A stretch of DNA of 32,000 nucleotides, taken from contig NC_003902.1 in assembly GCF_000007145.1 (NCBI RefSeq), positions 4,046,497 to 4,078,496 on the forward strand, read 5' to 3'. The stretch is from Xanthomonas campestris pv. campestris str. ATCC 33913 (GTDB taxonomy: Bacteria; Pseudomonadota; Gammaproteobacteria; Xanthomonadales; Xanthomonadaceae). This document shows, in pieces, positions 1-10,138 of the stretch; position 1 is the first letter of the stretch; each line of letters starts with the position of its first letter. The notes beneath the pieces were generated by a model. That model was not told the origin of the DNA, did no database searches, and saw only the letters and a list, made by a program, of their open reading frames with translations. The translations under genes and the position numbers were made by a program.

Positions 1-938
1 TCCGCGAATTCGTGCTGGGCGTGTTGTTGATCCCGCTGGGATTCACGCTGGCGTGGCTGTCGATCTTCGGCAACAGCGCGCTCGATCAGCTGCTGCACCA
101 CGGGCAGGCCGCCTGGGCGCAGCAGGCCATCGATGCGCCGCAAACGGTGCTGTATTCGCTGCTGCAGGATTATCCGTGGAGTCGCGTGGTCATCACGATC
201 ACGGTGGCGATCAGCTTCGTGTTCTTCGTCACCTCGGCCGATTCGGGCACGGTGGTGTTGTCCACGTTGTCCTCGCATGGTGGCGAGCCGCATGACGACG
301 GCCCACGCTGGCTGCGTGTGTTCTGGGGCGTGCTCACGGCCGTGGTCACCGCAGGCTTGCTGCTGGCCGGCAGCATGGACGCGCTGAAATCCGCAGTGGT
401 GCTGGCATCGCTGCCCTTCTCGGCCGTGTTGCTGCTGATGGCGTGGGGGTTGTCGCGCGCGCTCAGTGAGGAATCGCAGCGCAAGCGTGCGCAGCTCTAC
501 AACCCCAGCCCGTTGATCGGGCAATCGCGCGATCACCGCGGCTGGCGTCAGCGCCTGGGCCAGGCAATGCATTTTGCCGCGCGCGATGAGGTCTATCGCT
601 TCATGCACGAACAGGTTCGCCCGGCGATCGAAGCGGTGGCCGCGCAGCTGCAGGACGAAGGTTGGCAGGTCAGCAGCCGGCTCGACGACGCCGACATGGA
701 GATCAGCGTCGACCATGGCGAACAACAAGGCTTCCGTTACCAGGTGGTGATGCGCGGCTACCTCACCCCGTCGTTCGCCGCGCAGCGCCTGCGCAACCAG
801 CGCTATTACCGCGCCGAGGTGTATCTGTTCGAAGGCAGCCAGGACTACGACCTGGTCGGCTACAGCCGCGAACAGATCATCAACGACATCATCGATCAAT
901 ACGAGCGTCACCTGCAGTTCCTGCATCTCACCCGCTGA
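1..938 (+). CDS. betT: BCCT-family choline/betaine transporter, C-terminal portion (5' end lies upstream of the window)
   Basis: The frame is open to the window edge. The translation ([20 protein letters not shown]...[16 protein letters not shown]...) matches the last transmembrane helices of BCCT transporters and is followed by a long hydrophilic cytoplasmic tail. The stop is at 936-938, 40 nt before betB. The context with betB/betA supports a choline transporter. Confidence 0.85.
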   Translation, partial: REFVLGVLLIPLGFTLAWLSIFGNSALDQLLHHGQAAWAQQAIDAPQTVLYSLLQDYPWSRVVITITVAISFVFFVTSADSGTVVLSTLSSHGGEPHDDGPRWLRVFWGVLTAVVTAGLLLAGSMDALKSAVVLASLPFSAVLLLMAWGLSRALSEESQRKRAQLYNPSPLIGQSRDHRGWRQRLGQAMHFAARDEVYRFMHEQVRPAIEAVAAQLQDEGWQVSSRLDDADMEISVDHGEQQGFRYQVVMRGYLTPSFAAQRLRNQRYYRAEVYLFEGSQDYDLVGYSREQIINDIIDQYERHLQFLHLTR

Positions 939-978
939 GGTGTCGTCGCTGCGGCGAGCGTCCCACAGGAGGTTTGTC

Positions 979-2451
979 ATGCCACGTTTCCCCGACCAGC
1001 TGCTGTACATCGGCGGCCGCTATGTTCCCGCCCGCGGCGGCCACACGTTCGAGGTGGTGAACCCGGCCACCGGTGAAGTCCTTGCCAACGTCCACAACGC
1101 CGACGCCGACGATCTGGATGCAGCCGTGGACAGCGCCAAGGCCGGCCAACGGCACTGGGCCGCACTCACTGTGGTGGAGCGCTCACGCATTCTGTTGCGT
1201 GCCGTCGCGCTACTGCGCGAGCGCAACGACGCCCTGGCGGAGCTGGAAACGCTCAACACCGGCAAGCCGCTGAGCGAAACGCGCAGCGTGGACATCGTCA
1301 CCGGCGCCGACGTGTTGGAGTACTACGCCGGCGTGGCGCAGGCGCTGCAGGGCGTGCAGGTGCCATTGCGCGAAGGCAGCTTCTTCTACACGCGGCACGA
1401 ACCGCTTGGTGTGGTGGGCGCGATCGGCGCGTGGAATTACCCGATCCAGATCGCGCTCTGGAAAGCCGCACCGGCCCTGGCCGCCGGCAACGCGATGATC
1501 TTCAAGCCCAGCGAGGTGACGCCGCTCACCGCGCTCAAGCTGGCTGAAATTTTCACCGAAGCCGGCCTGCCGGATGGCGTGTTCAACGTGCTGCCCGGCG
1601 ACGGCGCCAGCGTGGGCCACGCGCTTACCGAGCATCCGGAGATCGAAAAGATCAGCTTCACCGGTGGCACCGCAACCGGCCGCAAGGTGATGGCCAGCGC
1701 CTCCAGTTCGTCGTTGAAGGACGTGACCATGGAACTGGGCGGCAAATCGCCACTGATTGTCTGTGCCGATGCCGACCTGGACCTGGCGGCCGACATCGCG
1801 ATGATGGCCAACTTCTACAGCTCCGGCCAGGTGTGCACCAACGGCACGCGCGTCTTCGTGCCGCGGGCACTGCGCACTGCATTCGAAGCGCGTCTGCTGG
1901 CACGCGTGCAACGCATCCATATCGGCGACCCGCTCGATGAGCGAACCACGTTCGGGCCGATGGTCAGTGCCGCGCACATGCAGCGCGTGCTGGAACACAT
2001 CGAGCAAGGCAAGGCCGAAGGGGCGCGCCTGCTGTTCGGTGGCGAGCGGCTGCGCGATGGTGCACTGGCGCAGGGTTGCTACGTGGCGCCGACCATCTTC
2101 AGCGATTGCACCGACGTGATGACCATCGTGCGCGAAGAGATCTTCGGGCCGGTGCTGAGCCTGCTCACCTACGACGACGAAGATGAGGCAATCACGCGCG
2201 CCAACGCCACCAGCTATGGCCTGGCGGCGGGTGTTGTGACGCCGGATCTGTCACGCGCGCATCGGCTGATCCATCGCCTGGAGGCCGGCATCTGCTGGAT
2301 CAACACCTGGGGCGAATCACCGGCGCCGATGCCGGTGGGCGGCTACAAGCAATCGGGTGTGGGCCGCGAGAACGGCCTGGCCACGCTGCAGGCCTACACA
2401 CGCACCAAGTCTGTCCAGGTCGAACTGGAACGCTACGCGTCGGTGTTCTAG
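979..2451 (+). CDS. betB: Betaine aldehyde dehydrogenase (NAD-dependent aldehyde dehydrogenase family)
   Basis: Encodes 490 aa starting at the ATG at 979, which is preceded by AGGAGG (968-973). The track ORF start at 940 is an upstream GTG extension. The sequence [16 protein letters not shown]...ELGGKSP...[13 protein letters not shown] carries the ALDH catalytic Glu and Cys motifs. The length equals classical BetB. Confidence 0.95.
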   Translation: MPRFPDQLLYIGGRYVPARGGHTFEVVNPATGEVLANVHNADADDLDAAVDSAKAGQRHWAALTVVERSRILLRAVALLRERNDALAELETLNTGKPLSETRSVDIVTGADVLEYYAGVAQALQGVQVPLREGSFFYTRHEPLGVVGAIGAWNYPIQIALWKAAPALAAGNAMIFKPSEVTPLTALKLAEIFTEAGLPDGVFNVLPGDGASVGHALTEHPEIEKISFTGGTATGRKVMASASSSSLKDVTMELGGKSPLIVCADADLDLAADIAMMANFYSSGQVCTNGTRVFVPRALRTAFEARLLARVQRIHIGDPLDERTTFGPMVSAAHMQRVLEHIEQGKAEGARLLFGGERLRDGALAQGCYVAPTIFSDCTDVMTIVREEIFGPVLSLLTYDDEDEAITRANATSYGLAAGVVTPDLSRAHRLIHRLEAGICWINTWGESPAPMPVGGYKQSGVGRENGLATLQAYTRTKSVQVELERYASVF

Positions 2452-2541
2452 GCGCGGCTCACAGCGCGCGTACTGCCGTTCAAACGAGCGCAGACGCGTG
2501 CCAATCCGCACGCCTCACCGACCACGCATCAGGAGATCACC

Positions 2542-4212
2542 ATGCAACGCGAATACGACTACATCATCATTGGCGCAGGCTCGGCCGGCAACGTACTGGC
2601 CGCGCGCCTCACCGAAGACCCGGGCGTCAGTGTGCTGCTGCTGGAAGCCGGCGGGCCGGATTACCGGCTGGATTTCCGCACCCAGATGCCCGCCGCATTG
2701 GCGTTTCCGTTGCAGGGCCGCCGCTACAACTGGGCCTATGAAACAGAGCCGGAACCGCACATGGACAACCGGCGCATGGAATGCGGGCGCGGCAAGGGGC
2801 TGGGTGGTTCATCGCTGATCAACGGCATGTGCTACATCCGCGGCAACGCACTGGATTTCGATCATTGGGCCAAGCGCCCGGGGCTGGAAGACTGGGGCTA
2901 CCGCGATGTGTTGCCGTACTTCCGCAAGGCAGAAACGCGCGACATCGGCGCCAACGATTACCACGGCGGCGAAGGCCCGGTGAGCGTGGCCACGCCGAAG
3001 AACGACAACAACGTGCTGTTCCAGGCGATGGTCGATGCTGGCGTGCAGGCGGGTTACCCGCGCACCGACGACCTCAACGGCTATCAGCAGGAAGGCTTCG
3101 GGCCGATGGACCGCACCGTGACGCCGCAAGGGCGGCGTGCCAGCACCGCACGCGGCTATCTGGACATGGCCAAGCCGCGCGACAGCCTGCACATCGTCAC
3201 CCACGCCACCACCGACCGCATTTTATTTGCCGGCAAGCGCGCGGTCGGGGTGCATTACCTGGTGGGCAACAGCAGCGAAGGCATCGACGCGCACGCGCGC
3301 CGCGAAGTACTGGTCTGTGCGGGTGCGATTGCCTCGCCACAGTTGCTGCAACGCTCCGGCGTGGGTGCCCCGGACCTGTTGCGCGCGCTCGACGTGCAGC
3401 TGGTGCACGACCTGCCCGGCGTGGGGCAGAACCTGCAGGACCACCTGGAGGTGTACATGCAATATGCATGCACCAAGCCGGTGTCGTTGTACCCGGCGCT
3501 ACAGTGGTGGAATCAGCCGGCCATTGGCGCCGAGTGGTTGTTTGCCGGCACCGGCACCGGGGCCAGCAACCAGTTCGAGGCCGGCGGTTTCATTCGCACC
3601 CGCGAAGAATTCGACTGGCCCAATATCCAGTACCACTTCCTGCCGGTGGCGATCAATTACAACGGCAGCAACGCAGTGAAGGAACATGGCTTCCAGGCCC
3701 ATGTGGGCTCCATGCGTACGCCCAGCCGCGGCCGCGTGCATGCCAGGTCGCGCGACCCGCGCCAGCATCCATCGATCCTGTTCAACTACCAATCCACCGA
3801 CCAGGACTGGCAGGAATTTCGCGACGCAATCCGCATCACCCGCGAGATCATCGCCCAGCCCGCACTCGACCCTTACCGTGGGCGCGAGATCAGCCCCAGC
3901 GCAGACTGCAAGACCGACGCCGAGCTGGATGCATTCGTGCGCGCACGCGCCGAAACCGCGTATCACCCCTCGTGCTCGTGTGCGATGGGCACCGACGACA
4001 TGGCGGTGGTGGATGGGCAAGGCCGCGTCCACGGCATGGAGGGGTTGCGCGTGATTGATGCCTCGATCATGCCGCGCATCATCACTGGCAACCTCAACGC
4101 CACCACCATCATGATCGCCGAGAAGATCGTCGACCGAATACGCGGGCGTGCACCACTGCCGCGCAGCACCGCCGACTATTACGTGGCGGGTGATGCACCT
4201 GTACGCCGGTGA
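2542..4212 (+). CDS. betA: Choline dehydrogenase (GMC flavin oxidoreductase)
   Basis: Encodes 556 aa. The N-terminal FAD fold is [25 protein letters not shown] signatures [14 protein letters not shown] and HPSCSCAMG are present. AGGAGA lies 7 nt upstream of the ATG. The gene sits directly downstream of betB. Confidence 0.95.
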   Translation: MQREYDYIIIGAGSAGNVLAARLTEDPGVSVLLLEAGGPDYRLDFRTQMPAALAFPLQGRRYNWAYETEPEPHMDNRRMECGRGKGLGGSSLINGMCYIRGNALDFDHWAKRPGLEDWGYRDVLPYFRKAETRDIGANDYHGGEGPVSVATPKNDNNVLFQAMVDAGVQAGYPRTDDLNGYQQEGFGPMDRTVTPQGRRASTARGYLDMAKPRDSLHIVTHATTDRILFAGKRAVGVHYLVGNSSEGIDAHARREVLVCAGAIASPQLLQRSGVGAPDLLRALDVQLVHDLPGVGQNLQDHLEVYMQYACTKPVSLYPALQWWNQPAIGAEWLFAGTGTGASNQFEAGGFIRTREEFDWPNIQYHFLPVAINYNGSNAVKEHGFQAHVGSMRTPSRGRVHARSRDPRQHPSILFNYQSTDQDWQEFRDAIRITREIIAQPALDPYRGREISPSADCKTDAELDAFVRARAETAYHPSCSCAMGTDDMAVVDGQGRVHGMEGLRVIDASIMPRIITGNLNATTIMIAEKIVDRIRGRAPLPRSTADYYVAGDAPVRR

Positions 4213-4300
4213 TGTGTGATCGACCGAGTGCATGGTTTGAAACTGCTTGCCAAGCGAGCTGTCGGCCGACTTGCGTTTGATCTAGATAGCCAAGCGCAGC

Positions 4301-4370
4301 GCCCTCACCGCTCGAGTGACACGCGGGACGTCCTTTCATTAAGGCTTTGTGCGGCATCTGTCCCGCCGCG
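4301..4370. repeat. Degenerate copy of the REP-like palindromic element family seen at 4451-4552 and 4730-4820
   Basis: Shares CCCTCACCGC (4302-4311) and GGGAC with the left arm of the 4730 element. It also has a decayed core, CTTTGTGCGGCAT, versus CTTTGGCGGCAT. No complete inverted partner is present. Confidence 0.3.
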
Positions 4371-4450
4371 GTTCGGCAGGCGGCGAAGACATCGCATGTA
4401 GCACGTGAGGTGTTTTTTGAAACCCACGCAAACCAGCCAACTCGCCTGGT

Positions 4451-4552
4451 CCTTGCGTGCCCGCCATCGCGGGACCTTTGGCGGCATGGATGCCGCCAAA
4501 GAGCCTATAGGGACGTACTTGCGGCGTGTCCCGCGATGGCGGGCGCGCAAGG
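4451..4552. repeat. REP/MITE-like nested palindromic element
   Basis: The outer 25-nt inverted repeat is CCTTGCGTGCCCGCCATCGCGGGAC (4451-4475) paired with GTCCCGCGATGGCGGGCGCGCAAGG (4528-4552), with 1 mismatch. The inner perfect hairpin is CTTTGGCGGCATGGATGCCGCCAAAG (4476-4501). The element is non-coding and lies between convergent genes. Confidence 0.7.
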
Positions 4553-4729
4553 GCCCTGCATGCGCTATACGTGCCTGTGGCCTTACTGCACAACGCCGTT
4601 GATCGCTGCATTGATGCCTGGCAGACAGCGCTGAGCGACCAGCAATTGGATCTCAGGCACCGACTCGCAGTGGGAAAACACCAGCGATGCCAGCCTGACG
4701 CGGAACGCCAGCAGCTCGAGCGCGCGATG

Positions 4730-4820
4730 CCCTCACCGCCCCCGGGACACGCCGTGAATCCAAACAGATAAGGACCCTTGGCGGCATCCATGCCGCCAAG
4801 GGTCCCGGACGCGGTGAGGG
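4730..4820. repeat. REP/MITE-like nested palindromic element, second full copy
   Basis: The core 34-nt perfect palindrome is GGACCCTTGGCGGCATCCATGCCGCCAAGGGTCC (4772-4805). It is flanked by the imperfect inverted arms CCCTCACCGCCCCCGGGAC (4730-4748) and GTCCCGGACGCGGTGAGGG (4802-4820). The core GGCGGCAT-SS-ATGCCGCC is shared with the 4476-4501 hairpin. Confidence 0.65.
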
Positions 4821-4908
4821 CACCGCGCCATCCGTCCTGGTCGCTGACTGATGCAAGTGCAATGTCGATGCGCGATGCGTCAACGCACATCTGCATTGCA
4901 AGCAGAGT

Positions 4909-4943
4909 GCTGCCCGCCGCACGCATCAAGCGCGGCAGGCAGC
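4909..4943 (-). terminator. Putative stem-loop terminator downstream of the TonB-dependent receptor
   Basis: GCTGCCCGCCGC (4909-4920) pairs with GCGGCAGGCAGC (4932-4943), giving 12 bp with 1 mismatch and an 11-nt loop. It begins 12 nt after the receptor stop codon. There is no clear U-tract, so confidence is moderate to low. Confidence 0.4.
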
Positions 4944-4954
4944 CGTTGTGCCAA

Positions 4955-7834
4955 CTAGAACTTCAAGTCCGCGCGCACGTACCAGGAGCGGCCGCCGGGG
5001 ATGTCATAGGTGGACGCGTCATAGCCGTTGAGTGAGCACGACAGGCAGATCGGTGGATCCTTGTCGAACACGTTGTTCAAGCCGGCGGTCAGTTGCAGGC
5101 CCTTCAACCAGTCGAAGCGGTAGCCCACCTGTGCATCATGATAGGTGATGGCATCCAGTTGATTGGTGCCCTCGGCCGGCGTCGAGCACACTGCAAATTC
5201 CACTGCGTCGCCGCACTGTTCGGTGAGCTTGGAAATGTGGCGTGCGGTCCACGATGCAGTCCAGTTGCCCAGCGACCAGTCCAGCACCGCGTTGCTGGTC
5301 CACTCGGGGATCGCACTATCCACCACTTCGATGCCCGGCCCCTGCGGCTGCCGCTGCCCGGCGGCGCCCAGCGCCTCGTAACGGCCCACGAAGGTGTTCT
5401 GCCAGGACAGCTTGAAGCGGCCCAACGCGCTTTCCGGCAAGGTCCAGAACAGGTCCACGTCCCAGCCGTCGGTCTTGATCGAACCCAGGTTGGTCAGGCG
5501 GTTGTTGAAGGCATTGATGCCGCCGGTGGACGCGCGGCCGATGCCGTCGCAGTACAGCGCGTCCAGCGTATCCACGCACAGATCGAGCTGGGTCTGCGCG
5601 TTGATCGCCTGGATCGCGCCATCCACATGGTGACGGTAGAAGGTCACTTCGAGATCCAGGCGGTCGGACCAACTTGCGTTGCTGCCGAAGCCCGGGCTGA
5701 ACACGAAGCCGGCACTGAAGCTACGCGAGCGCTCCGGCTCCAGCTGCTCGTTGCCGCCGGTGGTCACCGAAATCTGCTGGTTGGCCTGCTGGTAGTTCAC
5801 CGGCACCCCCAGCGTTGCGCAGTTGGCGGCGCTGCCACGCGGCGCGGTTCCGCCAAGGCCGATGGAACACGGGTCGGACAACTGCAGATCCGCACGCGCC
5901 GCCGAACCGAACAACTCGCCGATGGTCGGCGCGCGGAAGCCTTCCGCATAACTGGTGCGCAGTACGAACTCGTCGCTCACCTGCCAACGCAGGCCGTACT
6001 TGGGCGTGAACTCGCCGCCGAACGTGGAGTAATCCGAATACCGGCCCGCAATGTTCAGATCGAGTTTGTCGCCCAACGTGGAGTTGGCAAAGATCGGGAT
6101 GTTGAGTTCGAGATAGGCTTCATTGACGTCGTAGCTGCCGGAGGTAGGCAACGACGGCACGCCGTTGTAGCGGCCGGCCACGGTGAGCGGGTCAGGCTGA
6201 TACGAGCCTTCGTATTTGCGGTACTCGTAGCCGGTGGCAAAGCTCACCGCACCGCCGGGCAACTGGAACAGCTCGCTGCTCAGGTTGGCGGTGAACAGGC
6301 TCAGTTCGTTCTGGCTGCGGTCGCGCACCACTGGCTGGATCCAACGCAACATCTCCGGCGTGATGCTGCCGGCGCCGCTGAAGATATCCAGTGGCACGCA
6401 GCCGGCCACCGCCGCGCAGGCGGCCGGGTCGCCGAGCCCCAGGTTGATGTTGAACAGGTTGTAGCTGCCGTAGTTGGTCTGCTCGGCCTTGTTCTTGCTG
6501 TACATGCCGTTGACGTCCCAGAACCAGGTCCGCGACGCGCCTTCGAAGGTGCCGACCAGGCCGGTGCCGAAATACTGTGTGTCCACCTGTTGCTCATAGC
6601 GCCGCGGGCCGCCTTCCACCGGGCGCCGCCCGATCTGGATCAGGTTGGTGGCCGAGTTCAGATCAAAGCCAAACGGGTTGAACGGATTGAGCGCCGAAAT
6701 CACGATGTTGTCGGCGAGCGGATTGCCGGTGCCGGCATCGGGGCCGAGGAAGATCGGTTCGGGCGCGGCCTGGTTGGTGGATTCGCGCCGGTTGCCCAAC
6801 GCCTTGACGTACCACTGCACGTCGTCGTTGAAGTAATAGCGGAACTGCGCGAACACACCCTTGCGCTCGGACGGCGTCAGCAGCAGGTTCTGCTCGGCGA
6901 AGTTGTAGCGGTCGGCGGTGCCGAAGCAGTGGTAGTCATCGCTGCGCGTGCAGCCACCACTGCCGTCGTATTGCGGCGTGCCCACGCCCGCGTTGGGGGT
7001 GAGGTTCTGGCGCACGCCGGTGTTCGGGTCGACGAACTGGAAGCGCCCATCGGGCGTGGCCGAACTGGCAAAGGTCAGCCCGGTGCCGGGAATGGGGAAG
7101 CGTGCCTGCGCGCGGTCGCGCGCATAGATCGGATCCTGCTTGACGTAGCTGGCGCCCAGAAACAGGCTGAAATCCTCGCCACTGGTGCCCCAGGCCAGGT
7201 CCATGCCCTGGTTGGTGCCATCGCCCTTGCCGTACTGCCCGTAATTGAGCGTGACCTGCGCGCCGTCGAACGTGCGCCGCGTGATGATGTTGACCACACC
7301 GGCGATCGCATCCGAGCCGTACAGCGACGAGGCGCCGTCTTCGAGCACTTCGATGCGCTCCACGATCGCCAACGGAATGGTGTTGAGGTCCGTCGACGAG
7401 CCCACGCCGGAGGCGGAGGATTCATTGACCCAGCGGATGCCATCCACCAGCACCAGCACGCGCTTGGAACCGAGATGGCGTAAATCCACCTGCGCCGAGC
7501 CGGCACCCACGCCGCTGCCGTCGGGCGGAAAACCGAAGTTGCCGGACGAATTGAACTTGGCATTGAGCGCCGAGCCGGAGGCAGTGAGTTCCTGCAACAC
7601 CTCGCCGATCGAGGTGAGCCCGGTGCGCTCGATATCGGCGCGGTTGAGCGTCTGGATCGGCACCTGGCCCTGCAATTCGGCCGTCTTGATGCGGGTGCCG
7701 GTGACTTGCACGCTGTCGAGCGTGCGCGTACTCGGGGCGGGTTCGGGCTGCTGCGCCCAGGCCAGCGAGGGGATCAGACACAACGACAACTGCACGGCCA
7801 GGCACGACCGACGGGAGCCACTCAAACGCTTCAT
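4955..7834 (-). CDS. TonB-dependent outer-membrane receptor
   Basis: Encodes 959 aa from the ATG at 7834, preceded by GGAGAGAGAAAGG. The signal peptide is [27 protein letters not shown]|QQ. A TonB-box/plug start ([14 protein letters not shown]) is present, and the plug motif is [28 protein letters not shown]. The protein ends with the terminal aromatic ...RADLKF typical of beta-barrel proteins. The track ORF start at 8062 is a 76-codon Arg-rich extension lacking a signal peptide. Confidence 0.9.
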   Translation of the reverse strand: MKRLSGSRRSCLAVQLSLCLIPSLAWAQQPEPAPSTRTLDSVQVTGTRIKTAELQGQVPIQTLNRADIERTGLTSIGEVLQELTASGSALNAKFNSSGNFGFPPDGSGVGAGSAQVDLRHLGSKRVLVLVDGIRWVNESSASGVGSSTDLNTIPLAIVERIEVLEDGASSLYGSDAIAGVVNIITRRTFDGAQVTLNYGQYGKGDGTNQGMDLAWGTSGEDFSLFLGASYVKQDPIYARDRAQARFPIPGTGLTFASSATPDGRFQFVDPNTGVRQNLTPNAGVGTPQYDGSGGCTRSDDYHCFGTADRYNFAEQNLLLTPSERKGVFAQFRYYFNDDVQWYVKALGNRRESTNQAAPEPIFLGPDAGTGNPLADNIVISALNPFNPFGFDLNSATNLIQIGRRPVEGGPRRYEQQVDTQYFGTGLVGTFEGASRTWFWDVNGMYSKNKAEQTNYGSYNLFNINLGLGDPAACAAVAGCVPLDIFSGAGSITPEMLRWIQPVVRDRSQNELSLFTANLSSELFQLPGGAVSFATGYEYRKYEGSYQPDPLTVAGRYNGVPSLPTSGSYDVNEAYLELNIPIFANSTLGDKLDLNIAGRYSDYSTFGGEFTPKYGLRWQVSDEFVLRTSYAEGFRAPTIGELFGSAARADLQLSDPCSIGLGGTAPRGSAANCATLGVPVNYQQANQQISVTTGGNEQLEPERSRSFSAGFVFSPGFGSNASWSDRLDLEVTFYRHHVDGAIQAINAQTQLDLCVDTLDALYCDGIGRASTGGINAFNNRLTNLGSIKTDGWDVDLFWTLPESALGRFKLSWQNTFVGRYEALGAAGQRQPQGPGIEVVDSAIPEWTSNAVLDWSLGNWTASWTARHISKLTEQCGDAVEFAVCSTPAEGTNQLDAITYHDAQVGYRFDWLKGLQLTAGLNNVFDKDPPICLSCSLNGYDASTYDIPGGRSWYVRADLKF

Positions 7835-7902
7835 CCTTTCTCTCTCCAGAAGGATTTCAGGAAATGTCACCGCACGCCCCCGTGCCCTGCGGTCCATGCC
7901 GA

Positions 7903-7931
7903 CTTTTAAACGAAACCTTAACGCACCGCAA
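7903..7931 (-). promoter_or_regulatory. Candidate sigma70-type promoter for the TonB-dependent receptor
   Basis: Read on the minus strand: TTGCGG (7931-7926), a 17-nt spacer, then TAAAAG (7908-7903), about 70 nt upstream of the ATG. This is a hexamer match only and has no experimental support. Confidence 0.25.
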
Positions 7932-8097
7932 CCTGGCGATGCAGCACTGCCTCCGTCATCGCATCGGCACGCTTGCTTCGTGCTCCCTACTGAGCGAGTG
8001 CCAGCCCCACCTATGCAGCGCGTGACAGGCGCACATGCGCGGCGCCGCCGCGCCACATTCACTCAAGTGCTCAGCCACGCTTCGGTATAGTCGCGCG

Positions 8098-10068
8098 ATG
8101 ACTTATTCCCCACGTTTCGCCGCTGTTTTCGCCGGCCTGCTTTGCCTTGGCAGCACTGCGCTGCATGCCCAATCGCTCGATCCGCAATTGACCGCCATGC
8201 GCGATGCCATCGCCGCCGCCGAGCGCGGCCAGGCCGACGACGGCCAGCTCACCGCCCTGCGCCGGCATCCGCTGTACGGCTGGCTGGAATACGCCGCGCT
8301 CAAGCGCAACATCGACAGCGTCTCCACCGCGCAGGCGCAGGGCTTTCTGCAGCGGTATGCGGGCCAGCCGGTGGCTGAGAGCTTCCGCGGCGCCTGGTTG
8401 CCGGCCGTGGCGCGGCGTCAGGACTGGACCACGCTGCTGGCCAACTGGAAGCCCACCGACAACCTGGGCCTGCGCTGTGCGCAGCTGAACGCGCGCCAGG
8501 CCACCGGCAAGGCAGATGCGCAGTGGAGCCGCGATGCCTTGACGCTGTGGCGCACCGGCAAGGGCCTGCCCGATGCCTGCGACGCGGTGGTTGCCGGGCT
8601 GGAGTCGCGCCGCGAGCTCACCCCCGCCTTGCGCTGGGAGCGCGTGGAAGCCGCTGCCGACGCGCAGCAGCCTGCGGTGATGCGCACGGCCGCACGCGGG
8701 CTGCCGCCGGCCGATCTGGCCCTGGCCACCGACTACGCGGCATTCCTGGACAAGGTGCATCCGCGTGCGGCGAGCTGGCCCAGGACCGAGCGCAGCCGCA
8801 ACATCGCCGTGGACGGCCTGGCCAAGCTGGCCAAGAGCGACCCGGACGCGGCCGAACAACAACTGCCTGCACTGGCCGCCGCGTTGGGCTTCAGCGAGGC
8901 GCAGCGTGGGCAGGTGCTGTACCAGATTGCGTTGTGGACCGTGGCCTCGTATCTGCCCGATTCGGCGCGCCGCCTCAATGCAGTGCCCGATGCGTCCTAT
9001 GACGAACGCCTGCACGAATGGCGCGCGCGTGAGGCGATGTCGCGTGGCGATTGGCCGGCGGCGCTGGCCGCCATCCGCAAGATGCCGGCTACCCAGCGCA
9101 GTGATTCGCGCTGGCAATATTTTGAAGCGCGGCTGGCCGAAAAGACCGGCGCCGCCGCCGCGGCACAGCCGCTGTATCGCGCGGCCGCGCAGTCGCCCAC
9201 CTTCCACGGCTTCCTGGCTGCCGATCGCCTGCAGCAGCCCTACCGGCTGTGCCCGTGGGAGCCCAAGGACAGCCCGCAGGCCAAGGCTGCGGTGGCACGC
9301 GACCCGGCATTGGTGCGCGCCATCGCGCTGTTCCAGATCGACCGCCCCGGCTGGGCCGTGGCCGAATGGAACGATGCCGCCAGCCGCTTCGACGACAGCC
9401 AACGCCGCCTCGCCGTGGAGGTCGCCAGCGACAACGGGTGGTTCGACCGCGCGGTGTTCGCACTCGGCAAGCAGCCCGACGAACAGCGCCTGTACGCGCT
9501 GCGCTTTCCGCTGCACCACGACGACAGCATCCGCCGCGAAGCGGCCAAGAATGCGATCGATCCGGCATGGGTGGCCGCGGAGATTCGCGCAGAAAGCATC
9601 TTCAATCCACGCGCACGCTCGCCGGCCAATGCAATGGGCCTGATGCAGGTGTTGCCGGGCACCGGCGCGGCGGTGGCCAAGGGTATTGCCCTGCCCAACT
9701 ACGGCGGCGCCGCCAGCCTCTACGAGCCAGACACCAACATCGCGATCGGCACGGCTTACCTGCGCCAGCTGCTCAACACCTACGGCCTGCCCTACGTCAC
9801 CATCGCCGCCTACAACGCCGGCCCCGGCCCGACCGGGCGCTGGCAGGCGCAACGGCCGGGCTTTGACCCGGATTTCTGGATCGAGACCATCAGCTACAAG
9901 GAAACGCGTGAGTACGTTGCGCGGGTGCTGGCCTTCAGCGTGATCTACGACTGGCGCCTCAATGGCGATGCATTGCCGTTGAGCGATCGGCTGATGGGCC
10001 GGCTGGTGGACAAGCGCACGCGTCCGGTGTGTTCGCCGGGCCCGGCGGCCAACGCCGCACAGGACTGA
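8098..10068 (+). CDS. slt: Soluble lytic murein transglycosylase (Slt70-like)
   Basis: Encodes 656 aa from the ATG at 8098. The signal peptide is [24 protein letters not shown]|QS. A long alpha-superhelical N-terminal region is followed by a C-terminal SLT catalytic domain with [27 protein letters not shown] and AAYNAGPG motifs. Confidence 0.9.
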
Positions 10069-10076
10069 CGCAGCCC

Positions 10077-10115
10077 GCGCACTGCCGCACGCGCTTGCCG
10101 TGCGTGGCAGTGCGC
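10077..10115 (+). terminator. Intercistronic GC-rich stem-loop between slt and cca (terminator, attenuator or processing/stability element)
   Basis: GCGCACTGCCGCACG (10077-10091) pairs with CGTGCGTGGCAGTGCGC (10099-10115), giving 15 bp with a 2-nt bulge and a 7-nt loop. It starts 9 nt after the slt stop and ends 24 nt before the cca ATG. No U-tract is present. Confidence 0.35.
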
Positions 10116-10138
10116 AGGGCATCGGGCATCATGTGCGC

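Noticed and set aside
4261-4270. GTCGGCCGAC palindrome after betA, considered as a terminator
   Set aside because: A 10-nt perfect palindrome leaves no loop and cannot form a stable hairpin. No convincing betA terminator was identified apart from the REP-like hairpins further downstream.
4339-4929. 196-aa ORF on the - strand (and small + ORFs 4347-4634, 4405-4602) in the bet / receptor spacer
   Set aside because: They read straight through the palindromic repeats (giving GGMDAAKGP-type peptides in both orientations). They lack SD sequences and coding-type codon bias, so they are repeat-derived pseudo-ORFs.
5093-7483. 796-aa ORF on the + strand
   Set aside because: It is entirely antisense to the TonB-dependent receptor gene. 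The translation is Ala/Arg/Gly/Val-rich with no recognisable motifs. This is the typical mirror-frame artefact of a high-GC3 gene.
7835-8062. N-terminal 76-codon extension of the first TonB-dependent receptor (track start 8062)
   Set aside because: The extension is Arg/Gly/Cys-rich and would bury the signal peptide. The internal ATG at 7834 has a strong SD and is followed immediately by a canonical signal peptide.
8071-10122. 683-aa ORF on the - strand
   Set aside because: It is antisense to slt and low-complexity (Arg/Ala/Gly-rich). It has no start context or motif, and the slt frame carries the signal peptide and catalytic motifs.
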